Of a stretch of 64,000 nucleotides of DNA, positions 56,748 through 64,000 are shown piece by piece; within the stretch, counting starts at the first letter, position 1, and each line of letters starts with the position of its first letter. Position numbers and translations under genes: made by a program. This DNA comes from Minisyncoccota bacterium (GTDB taxonomy: Bacteria > Patescibacteriota > Minisyncoccia > 2-02-FULL-40-12 > GWA2-44-9), in assembly GCA_018062285.1 (NCBI GenBank), contig JAGOSO010000001.1:100137-164136 (forward strand). The letters run 5' to 3'. The notes beneath the pieces were generated by a model. It was not told the DNA's origin. It searched no databases and saw only the letters and a list, made by a program, of their open reading frames with translations.

Positions 56748-58193
56748 TTACTTACCCCTGATAGTGAAGGCATCGATGGCTGCAAACATGGCTTCACGAG
56801 AACCAGCGATTATTAAATAAGTCTTTCCGTTGTGTTGAACTAGCGAGTAATCAATAGAGCGATCTGGGTAAGGGAAGTTCTTGAAACGGATCGACGCCCC
56901 ATTATAGTTTGTTGGGGCAAAAGCACCAGTATTCTTGCCCGGCAAGACATTCATAATACTAGAAAGGTTAACACTCATCGATGGTTCCCATGTTTGCATA
57001 ATGGAGGCAGATGAGCTGGCAACTTCGCTAACAATAACGAATCTGGTGCCAGGTTTGGCATTAACAATTGGTTTCCCCTTACTATCAAAAGATTCTTTCT
57101 GACCATAGAGCAAGAACTTATAATTATTACCCAAGGATGACTGCAATGAGGCTGGGTATGCTGCCAAGAAACGATTCATTAAGCCGGAAAATGTTAGCGG
57201 TAGTGATGACGAAGATGTTCCATTGGAAATACCAACTGTAGTAAATGTTCCTGCTGAAATGCTGGTTTGAGCAGAAATAGCATTAGCGAAAGCAACGCCT
57301 GGATCGCCAGAATCAGGGAGAACGATAACCCCACCCTTATTTGGAAATACGGTTGATAACACATCGAGATTGGGAGTGATAGTTGGGCGAGGAGTGAAGG
57401 TTACAGCAGGAGAACTAGTGGCCACAGGAGTTGAATTTGTGCCCTTGATCATGAAGAACCAGTAGAGGACACCTAACAAAACCATACCTACACCGATAGC
57501 AACAAACACGAGGTTTCTGCTGCCAGAAGAAACAACGTTTTTGGTAGTGGTCGTGGCTACAGGGGGGACATAGAACTGATTCTTACTATCAATTTTTGAT
57601 GTATTGTTCTTGGTTGGTTCGGGCATTGATGGCATAACAGGACGAGGAATTGGGGTTGGTGCAGGAGAAGAAGTAGGGGGAACCACTGGCTTAGGGGCAG
57701 AAGGCAACGAGCCACTTCTGGTGGCTTCGGGCATTGTTGCTGTGGCTAGCGGCTTTGGTGCTGAAGAAGCAGGCGCAACTGGGGCAACAGGCTTAGCTGG
57801 GGCAGGGGAATTATCTATTTTCCTTGGCACATTAACACCTTGAGGCATCTGGCCCGATTTCAGCTTAGCCAAATCATCGCTCATTGTTCTAATTGAGGAT
57901 TGATACTCTTTCGGAGCTAAAGGTTGAGTCGGGGCAGGGGATGGAGTGGAAGCAGTATTTGGTTTTGGAGCAGAAGAAGCTGACACAGGGCCAGAAGATG
58001 GCATAACAGGACGAGGAATTGGGGTTGGCGCAGGAGAAGAAGTAGGGGGAACCACTGGCTGGGCCATTGGTTTAGGAGTGGGTGCTGGGTTTACTGAAGG
58101 AGTTGCTGGAGTTCCTTGTGGACGACTTAATTCTCTGACTAAATCATCGATGTTTGATTGAGATGCAGTTGAGTTTGGGCTATTATCTGCCAT
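56748..58193 (-). CDS. Pro-rich repeat membrane protein (481 aa)
   Basis: About 200-aa Pro/Ala/Ser-rich N-terminal region containing two copies of PVVPPTSSPAPTPIPRPVMPS, one TM, about 250-aa C-terminal (likely extracytoplasmic) domain. Confidence 0.65.
   Translation of the reverse strand: MADNSPNSTASQSNIDDLVRELSRPQGTPATPSVNPAPTPKPMAQPVVPPTSSPAPTPIPRPVMPSSGPVSASSAPKPNTASTPSPAPTQPLAPKEYQSSIRTMSDDLAKLKSGQMPQGVNVPRKIDNSPAPAKPVAPVAPASSAPKPLATATMPEATRSGSLPSAPKPVVPPTSSPAPTPIPRPVMPSMPEPTKNNTSKIDSKNQFYVPPVATTTTKNVVSSGSRNLVFVAIGVGMVLLGVLYWFFMIKGTNSTPVATSSPAVTFTPRPTITPNLDVLSTVFPNKGGVIVLPDSGDPGVAFANAISAQTSISAGTFTTVGISNGTSSSSLPLTFSGLMNRFLAAYPASLQSSLGNNYKFLLYGQKESFDSKGKPIVNAKPGTRFVIVSEVASSSASIMQTWEPSMSVNLSSIMNVLPGKNTGAFAPTNYNGASIRFKNFPYPDRSIDYSLVQHNGKTYLIIAGSREAMFAAIDAFTIRGK
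57628..57690. repeat. Intragenic direct repeat copy 1 (63 bp)
   Basis: Near-identical to 57997-58059 (one mismatch); encodes the PVVPPTSSPAPTPIPRPVMPS repeat. Confidence 0.8.
57997..58059. repeat. Intragenic direct repeat copy 2 (63 bp)
   Basis: See copy 1. Confidence 0.8.
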
Positions 58194-58334
58194 AGTTTTG
58201 AGAAATTATTTTGTTACCCTAAGTCTATCATAAGCAAAAAATATTTTACACACACAAAACATTAATTGGTCCAGAATTAATAAGGCGCGCTCCAATGGAG
58301 CGCGCCTTATTAATTCTTTTAGTAGAATTTGGTT

Positions 58335-60446
58335 TTATTGAGTGCCTTTCATTGTTAGGTTGAGGCGACCTTGATCGTCGACACTCTTTACCCAAACATG
58401 AACTTTCTGACCAAGCTTAACTTTATCACTTGGGTGGTTAACGCGTTCATTGGCCATTTCTGAAACATGAACGAGACCGTCTTTGCCTGACATAATTTCA
58501 ACGAAAGCTCCGAAATCCATAATCTTTACGACGGTACCATCAAATTCATCGCCAGGATTTGGTTCGTAGGTGAGCTCATTGATAAGACCCAAGGCTTTAG
58601 TCATACCATCAGCAGTAGCTGAAGTGACAAAGACTGAACCATCTTCTTCAATATCGATCTCAGCGCCGGTTTGCTCAATGATGGCGTTAATATTCTTACC
58701 GCCAGGACCAATTAAGGCACCGATCTTTGATGGATTAATCTTTACGGTCTGAATACGTGGGGCGTGAGGGGATAGATCGGAACGGTGAGTACTGATAGCC
58801 TTGTTTAGCACTTCAAGAATTTCTAAACGAGCTTTCTTGGCTTGAGCTAATGTTTCTTCGACGATCTTTGGAGTAATACCGTCAATCTTAACATCCATCT
58901 GCATACCAGTAACGCCGGTGGCAGTACCAGCAACTTTCAAGTCCATATCACCGTGATGATCTTCTGGACCCTGGATATCGGTTAAGATCTTGTACTTCTC
59001 GCCAGTTGAATCAGACATCAAACCCATAGCGATACCGGCGGCTGGGGCTTTGATTGGAACACCGCCATCCATCAACGCAAGAGTAGAACCGCAAACAGAA
59101 GCCATTGAAGATGAGCCGTTAGATGACAAAATTTCTGACACAACGCGAATAGTGTAAGGGAAATCAGCCTTGTCTGGGATAATCGCTTCCAAAGAACGTT
59201 CAGCTAAGTAGCCATGACCGATTTCACGTCGGCCAACTCTACCAATACGGCCTGTTTCACCAACACTGTATGGAGGGAAGCTGTAGTGGTGGAAGAATCT
59301 CTTCTTGGTTAAATCAATTTCCATTGATTCAAACCATTGTTCCATACCCGGAGCACCAAGAGTCAAAATAGACAAAGCTTGGGTAGTGCCGCGGTTAAAT
59401 AAACCGGTTCCATGGGTGCGAGGCAAGATAGAAGTATCGGCCGATAGGGGACGAAGCTGGTCCATTTTGCGACCGTCAGGGCGCTTATCTTCTTCAAGGA
59501 TATTCTTGTGAACGGCGTGATCGATTTCTTCTTCGAATATAATACTGGCCTCAAGAAGTTTCTTTTCCAAATCAGAATCATCCTTAAATTGCTCTTTAAG
59601 GTAGGCCATTAATTCTTCTTTGACTTGGCCTAGACCTTCATAAAAAGCGCTTTTTTCTTTACCTGGAGCATACAAAGCCAACATTAACTTTGGGCCAGAA
59701 AAATTCTTAACCATGGCAGACAAAGCGTCATCGTGAACAAAAATTTGAACTTCTTGTTTCTTCTTGCCAACTTCTCCAGCAATCTTGACCTGGAAATCAG
59801 TTAAACCCTTGAGGGCTTCAAAGCCAGTCTTGATGGCATTAGCCATGTCAGCTTCTGTAACAATCTTAGCGCCGGCCTCAATCATGTTGATCTTGCTTTC
59901 GGTACCGGCCACAACGATATCAAAATCACTTGTAGCTCTTTCTTGATAGGTTGGATTGAGAACTAGTTTACCATCAACACGACCAATACGAACACCAGCA
60001 ACTGGGCCACCCCATGGAATGTCCGAGATCATCAAAGCCAAAGAAGCCGCAAAAAGAGCAGGCATATCTGGGTCATTGATACCATCAAAAGACAAAACGG
60101 TTGCAACGATCTGCATTTCATTGCGGATCTTGTTGTTGAAACGAGGGCGAATAGAGCGATCAATCAAGCGACCAGTCAAAATGGCATCTTCGGTTGGCTG
60201 ACCTTCGCGCTTGATCCACTTAGAACCTTTAATTTTACCGGCAGCGTAGTACTTTTCTTCGTACTCAACCTGGAGAGGCATATAGTCTACGTCTTTAGTC
60301 TTGGAAGACATGGTGGCGTTAACCATAACGGTTGTTTCACCGTACTGAACACTGACTGTGCCGTTTGCCTGACCACCCAAACGACCAATCTCTACCGATA
60401 GCGGTTTGCCCGCGAACTCGGTAGTATATTTTTTTACTTCTACCAT
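58335..60446 (-). CDS. pnp: Polyribonucleotide nucleotidyltransferase (PNPase)
   Basis: 703 aa; two RNase PH domains, KH (GPGGKNINAIIEQTGAEID) and S1 domains. Confidence 0.95.
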   Translation of the reverse strand: MVEVKKYTTEFAGKPLSVEIGRLGGQANGTVSVQYGETTVMVNATMSSKTKDVDYMPLQVEYEEKYYAAGKIKGSKWIKREGQPTEDAILTGRLIDRSIRPRFNNKIRNEMQIVATVLSFDGINDPDMPALFAASLALMISDIPWGGPVAGVRIGRVDGKLVLNPTYQERATSDFDIVVAGTESKINMIEAGAKIVTEADMANAIKTGFEALKGLTDFQVKIAGEVGKKKQEVQIFVHDDALSAMVKNFSGPKLMLALYAPGKEKSAFYEGLGQVKEELMAYLKEQFKDDSDLEKKLLEASIIFEEEIDHAVHKNILEEDKRPDGRKMDQLRPLSADTSILPRTHGTGLFNRGTTQALSILTLGAPGMEQWFESMEIDLTKKRFFHHYSFPPYSVGETGRIGRVGRREIGHGYLAERSLEAIIPDKADFPYTIRVVSEILSSNGSSSMASVCGSTLALMDGGVPIKAPAAGIAMGLMSDSTGEKYKILTDIQGPEDHHGDMDLKVAGTATGVTGMQMDVKIDGITPKIVEETLAQAKKARLEILEVLNKAISTHRSDLSPHAPRIQTVKINPSKIGALIGPGGKNINAIIEQTGAEIDIEEDGSVFVTSATADGMTKALGLINELTYEPNPGDEFDGTVVKIMDFGAFVEIMSGKDGLVHVSEMANERVNHPSDKVKLGQKVHVWVKSVDDQGRLNLTMKGTQ

Positions 60447-60692
60447 ATGAAAACGAACAAAAGGGGAGAGGACGGTCGCCTGTGGCGACCATGAGCAATG
60501 CTAGCCAATTGGTTCGTATCATTACGAGCAAATTGGCTAATGTAGCCCTTGTGCCTTGCCACTTCTTTTTCCCTTTGTTGTTAATTAGTTACTGGTGTGA
60601 CTATACCACAACAAACCCATAAAACAAAGTGCCCGTTGGGGCACGATGCTTAGTGCGCCGAACGGGCGAGAGTAGAAAAAATTTTGTAATGA

Positions 60693-60959
60693 CTAGTGCA
60701 AATTAATGGCCGTCATCACATCGAGGCCGAACTTGGCCTTGTCGCACGGAAGACCCCGAACAATCTTGGCCTTGTTTTCTTCAGTCAGCTCAATGACTTC
60801 CCAAACATCATGGCCCACCTTCTGTACAGCGATACAGAAGTGCACAGTAACAACAAGGCCGGAGACTATCGAAAAAGAAAACAGCAAGGAAGGGACAATG
60901 GCCATGAATCGGTCTATGTCCTTAGCGCGTGCCTCTTGAACCGAAAGTACACGAATCAT
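60693..60959 (-). CDS. Small protein B (88 aa) with central TM and WEVI motif
   Basis: ...VGHDVWEVIELTEENKAKIVRG...; start ATG overlaps the stop of protein A (ATGA); about 50% GC. Confidence 0.4.
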   Translation of the reverse strand: MIRVLSVQEARAKDIDRFMAIVPSLLFSFSIVSGLVVTVHFCIAVQKVGHDVWEVIELTEENKAKIVRGLPCDKAKFGLDVMTAINLH

Positions 60960-61192
60960 GCAATACTCCTTGGAAGGAACTGGATCTGAGCGACAAGCGT
61001 GTCAGACAAATCCAACATCTCTCTGCGAAGAGGGGAACCGGCCACCATGGCCTCGGCGTTGGCCTCATCGATCGGAATGACTTCCCACTTACGATCGCCA
61101 AAGCCGGCGACCGCGACATAGAGCTTGGTTGTGAATCCTCCTTGCCCCCAACTCTTGATACTGAAAATAGTTTTCGAACGAATGTCGTCCAT
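60956..61192 (-). CDS. Small protein A (78 aa from MDDIRSK...) with WEVI motif
   Basis: ...GDRKWEVIPIDEANAEAMVAG...; GGAGG RBS 8 nt upstream; paralogous motif shared with protein B. Confidence 0.45.
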   Translation of the reverse strand: MDDIRSKTIFSIKSWGQGGFTTKLYVAVAGFGDRKWEVIPIDEANAEAMVAGSPLRREMLDLSDTLVAQIQFLPRSIA

Positions 61193-61221
61193 GGCTTGCC
61201 TCCAATAAAAGAACAATACCG

Positions 61222-61246
61222 CTTTTTAGCGGTATTGTCAAACAAA
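61222..61246 (-). terminator. Intrinsic terminator after the NYN gene
   Basis: CAATACCGC-tttttta-GCGGTATTG with a T-run on the minus strand. Confidence 0.6.
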
Positions 61247-61257
61247 CAATTTATATT

Positions 61258-61770
61258 TTACTTCAATAAAACACGGTCCTTCAGCTCATCTAAATCAGTG
61301 AAGTTGTTAGTGGCTTCAATCAAGCGACCGGAGGTAGAGCGTTCAAAGCCAGCGACCTCAACGATGGTGCCGTTAAACTTCAGGTAATCGACTAATGGTT
61401 CGTAATCACCATCACCAGAAACAATGACGATAACGTCTACGAGCTCAGAGATAGTGATGGCGTCGATAGCAATAGCCACGTCCCAGTCTCCCTTTTTCAT
61501 GCCACCTGGGAAAACCTGAAGATCTTTAGATTTTAATTCAAAACCAGCCTTTTCAAGGGCGCTAAAGAAAGCCTTTTCTTCTTCAGTGTCAGACTTAACG
61601 ACATAAGCGATGGCACGGACCAATTCGCGGTTAGCAGTAGTGAGTTTTAAAAGCTCGGCGAAATTAACTCTAGATTTATATAAATTCTTAGCAGAGTGGT
61701 ACATGTTGGAAACATCTACCAAAATACCAACACGGTGATTTTTTCTTTGGGGTACAGTTTTTTTATGCAT
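61258..61770 (-). CDS. NYN-domain (LabA/DUF88-like) putative RNase
   Basis: VGILVDVSNMYHS ... VIVSGDGDY NYN catalytic Asp motifs. Confidence 0.8.
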   Translation of the reverse strand: MHKKTVPQRKNHRVGILVDVSNMYHSAKNLYKSRVNFAELLKLTTANRELVRAIAYVVKSDTEEEKAFFSALEKAGFELKSKDLQVFPGGMKKGDWDVAIAIDAITISELVDVIVIVSGDGDYEPLVDYLKFNGTIVEVAGFERSTSGRLIEATNNFTDLDELKDRVLLK

Positions 61771-61782
61771 AGGTGGAAAGCA

Positions 61783-61800
61783 CCCGCCGGAGCGGGTACT
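61783..61800 (-). terminator. Short hairpin after rpsO
   Basis: ACCCGC-cgga-GCGGGT. Confidence 0.4.
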
Positions 61801-61803
61801 TGG

Positions 61804-62073
61804 TTATTTATCGAGACCTAACTTTTTGGAGAGGGAAGCGTGGCGCTTTGGATTATCGCGCTTTAAGAAGTCCATCAAGCGTTTGCGCTTGGCAACCATT
61901 TTCAGAAGACCAAGACGGGAACTGTTGTCCTTGCCATGCTTCTTTAAATGCTTAGCGAGGGATTCGATTTCTTTGGTAAATAAAGCAATCTGAGCTTCGG
62001 ATGACCCAGTATCTTTGTCGTGAATACGAACCTGTTCGATGACTTTTGTTTTTTGCTGAGTAGTTAATGCCAT
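61804..62073 (-). CDS. rpsO: 30S ribosomal protein uS15
   Basis: 89 aa; ...GSSEAQIALFTKEIESLAKHLKKHGKDNSSRLGLLKMVAKRKRL... Confidence 0.9.
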   Translation of the reverse strand: MALTTQQKTKVIEQVRIHDKDTGSSEAQIALFTKEIESLAKHLKKHGKDNSSRLGLLKMVAKRKRLMDFLKRDNPKRHASLSKKLGLDK

Positions 62074-62220
62074 GAAAGTAGTGATTAAAACTTAGTTATT
62101 TGTTGTTAGTATTAAAACGAAACTGAATAGATTGTATCACATATTTTGAAGGCTTGCAATGGGTCTTTAAGAAGCTCCGTGGCTTATATTTTGCGACACA
62201 AAGATGTACAATATCTATGT

Positions 62221-63138
62221 ATGGCTGACTTAAAGACCCTCAAACAACAATACCTAGAGTATCTAGAGATTGAAAAGAATCGTTCTCCCAAGACCCTAGA
62301 AAACTATAGTCGCTATTTGGACCGCTTTTTAACCTTTGCTAAAACAACTAAAGCCGAAGATTTAGACGACGAACGAGTCCGCATGTACCGCCTCCATTTG
62401 AACCGCCTGACCGACAAAGATGGCCAACAGTTAATGAAGGTGACTCAAAACTACCATGTTATTGCCTTACGCAACTTTCTTAAATATCTTGCCAAGCGCG
62501 GAGTCCAAAGCGTTTCCGCTGAAAAAATAGAGTTGGGAAAATCAGAGGACCACCAAGTCACTTTTTTGGAACATGGCGAATTGAAGAGATTATTAGAAGC
62601 CCCAGAAGGTTCTGGATTAAACTCTTTGCGGGACCGCGCCATGTTGCGAATGTTATTTTCAACCGGCATGCGCGTTTCGGAACTTTGCTCAATGGACCGC
62701 AATCGTATTGACGTTAAAAGAGGGGAGATATCTGTCTTGGGTAAGGGGCGGAAAATCAGATTAGTCTTTCTCTCGGAAGACGCAAAAGAGAACATCTCTC
62801 AATATCTGGCCAAACGCACTGATGTAGATGAGGCCTTATTCATAAGAATCCCCAAGTCAGGCAAGTTTGGCAAAGATTCTGATTTACGCTTAACCCCACG
62901 CTCTGTTCAACGCATTGTTCAAAAATATGCCATCAAGGCCGGCATTATGGGCAAACATGTTTCACCCCACACCTTGCGCCACAGTTATGCTACAGATTTG
63001 TTGCGCAATGGCGCTGACATTCGCTCGGTTCAAGCCATGCTTGGCCATTCTTCTGTTACTACCACCCAGATCTATACCCATGTTACAGATAGCCAATTGC
63101 GGGACGTCCACAAAAAATTTCACGGCAAAAAAGAATAA
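62221..63138 (+). CDS. xerC: Tyrosine site-specific recombinase XerC/XerD
   Basis: Start at MADLKTLKQQYLEYLEIEKNRSPKTLENY; catalytic R...HxxR...Y (HTLRHSYATDLL...TQIYTHV). Confidence 0.85.
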   Translation: MADLKTLKQQYLEYLEIEKNRSPKTLENYSRYLDRFLTFAKTTKAEDLDDERVRMYRLHLNRLTDKDGQQLMKVTQNYHVIALRNFLKYLAKRGVQSVSAEKIELGKSEDHQVTFLEHGELKRLLEAPEGSGLNSLRDRAMLRMLFSTGMRVSELCSMDRNRIDVKRGEISVLGKGRKIRLVFLSEDAKENISQYLAKRTDVDEALFIRIPKSGKFGKDSDLRLTPRSVQRIVQKYAIKAGIMGKHVSPHTLRHSYATDLLRNGADIRSVQAMLGHSSVTTTQIYTHVTDSQLRDVHKKFHGKKE

Positions 63139-63178
63139 TATGCTTGCTGACAATTATATTGTTAGCTACAATCAATAA

Positions 63179-64000
63179 ATGATTAATCACCAACTCATGG
63201 ACTGGGCCAAGGAACAGCTACAGAAGGGGACAAGCAAAGACGATGTTCGCCAGATGCTAAAAAACACTGGCTGGCAGGACCACGACATCGATCAGATGTT
63301 TTTAGAAATAAACACACCTTCAAATTCTAGTGTTCCAATTCCTCCCGGAAACGATCTTAGATTTAAGGGTCCTTGGGAATTATTAAAAAAGTCACTAGCC
63401 ATATACAAAGAGAGGTTTTGGCCATTGCTTGGAATTTATTTGATTCCGGCCGCAATTTTTGGAGCCTTAATACTAATTTCTTTTGTCGGGGTTCGCGGTA
63501 TTGTCGCTACCGAAATAATAAAAGTTACTGGCACTGTGGCCACAGTCGGTACTTTTGTGGTTATCCTAATTTGGATTTTGGCTTTACTTGTTTTGGGTGG
63601 ATGGTCAATGGGAGCTTCTCTGTATGCGATCAAAGACCGTTCTGAAAAGATTGGTATCAAGGAATCATACAAAAGGAGCCGCCATCTAATCTTACCCATG
63701 CTTTGGCTTGGGTTCATAACCGGCTTAGCCATTGCGTGTGGAGTAGCCCTTTTGTTAATACCGGGTATCATTTTTATGATATGGTTTTTGTTTGCGTCGC
63801 AAATACTTGTATCAGAAAACAAAAGGGGTCTTGAAGCACTAATCAAAAGCAAGGAATACGTCCGAGGTATGTGGTGGAGCGTCTTTGGGAGATTTTTATT
63901 CCTTCAAGTTTTTGTCCTACTTATCCCCGCGATACTAAGGGCTCCCAACATTTATGCTCTAGCTTTAATAGCCAACTTAATCACGGCCCTACTTGTTCCT
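63179..64000 (+). CDS. Hypothetical polytopic membrane protein (partial, runs off the window end)
   Basis: ATG at 63179; open frame to the window end (absent from the ORF track for that reason); MINHQLMDWAKEQLQKG... then five or more TM helices. Confidence 0.55.
   Translation, partial: MINHQLMDWAKEQLQKGTSKDDVRQMLKNTGWQDHDIDQMFLEINTPSNSSVPIPPGNDLRFKGPWELLKKSLAIYKERFWPLLGIYLIPAAIFGALILISFVGVRGIVATEIIKVTGTVATVGTFVVILIWILALLVLGGWSMGASLYAIKDRSEKIGIKESYKRSRHLILPMLWLGFITGLAIACGVALLLIPGIIFMIWFLFASQILVSENKRGLEALIKSKEYVRGMWWSVFGRFLFLQVFVLLIPAILRAPNIYALALIANLITALLVP

Noticed and set aside
62221-63138. Integrase of a mobile element
   Set aside because: The protein has the canonical XerC/XerD N-terminal core-binding region and length. 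No flanking att-like repeats or phage/plasmid genes were seen. Treated as the chromosomal dimer-resolution recombinase.

Overview
This is a dense chromosomal housekeeping region of a low-GC (about 42-45% by eye), small-genome bacterium, with most genes on the minus strand. The gene content looks like Candidate Phyla Radiation / Patescibacteria; that is an inference from a divergent, short 16S, a split transketolase and many small membrane proteins, not a database result. Clear calls include ftsA (partial), ybeY, rpsU, hisS, lepB, pth, ppa, rmuC, a family-4 UDG, split transketolase, gap, rnhB, trmD, leuS, tatD, metG, rsmI, an AI-2E transporter, an M16 peptidase, recG, a GT2 processive glycosyltransferase, holA, fpg, polA, tsaE, a LysM-M23 peptidase, comM, two DksA/TraR paralogs, pnp, rpsO and xerC/D. 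RNA genes: one solo 16S rRNA (no 23S/5S in the window) and seven tRNAs (Ala-UGC, Ile-GAU, Met-CAU, fMet, Ser-CGA, Ser-UGA, Arg-GCG). No CRISPR array and no obvious transposon or prophage were seen.

The most unusual signals:
- At least five discrete GC-rich islands (about 50-65% GC) of unknown-function genes sit between AT-rich housekeeping genes, including a Gram-negative-type beta-barrel OMP-like protein and a Pro/Ala-rich protein plus lipoprotein pair. These look like foreign (possibly host-derived) insertions.
- A tandem pair of membrane-protein genes shares a duplicated promoter plus Pro-rich N-terminal cassette with unrelated C-termini.
- A three-gene insertion (NYN RNase-like plus two small paralogous proteins) splits the conserved rpsO-pnp pair.
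- A roughly 105-nt nested-helix element lies between tsaE and polA.
- A seven-copy GTGACA repeat array lies upstream of a DksA/TraR gene.
- An AHSA1/SRPBCC gene is frameshifted at an A6 tract.
- A HIT-family gene survives as a 41-aa in-frame remnant.
- A 41-aa, highly basic micro-gene follows the GT2 synthase.
- Oddities include a tRNA-Arg(GCG) anticodon and a 16S with 515F/EUB338 site mismatches.
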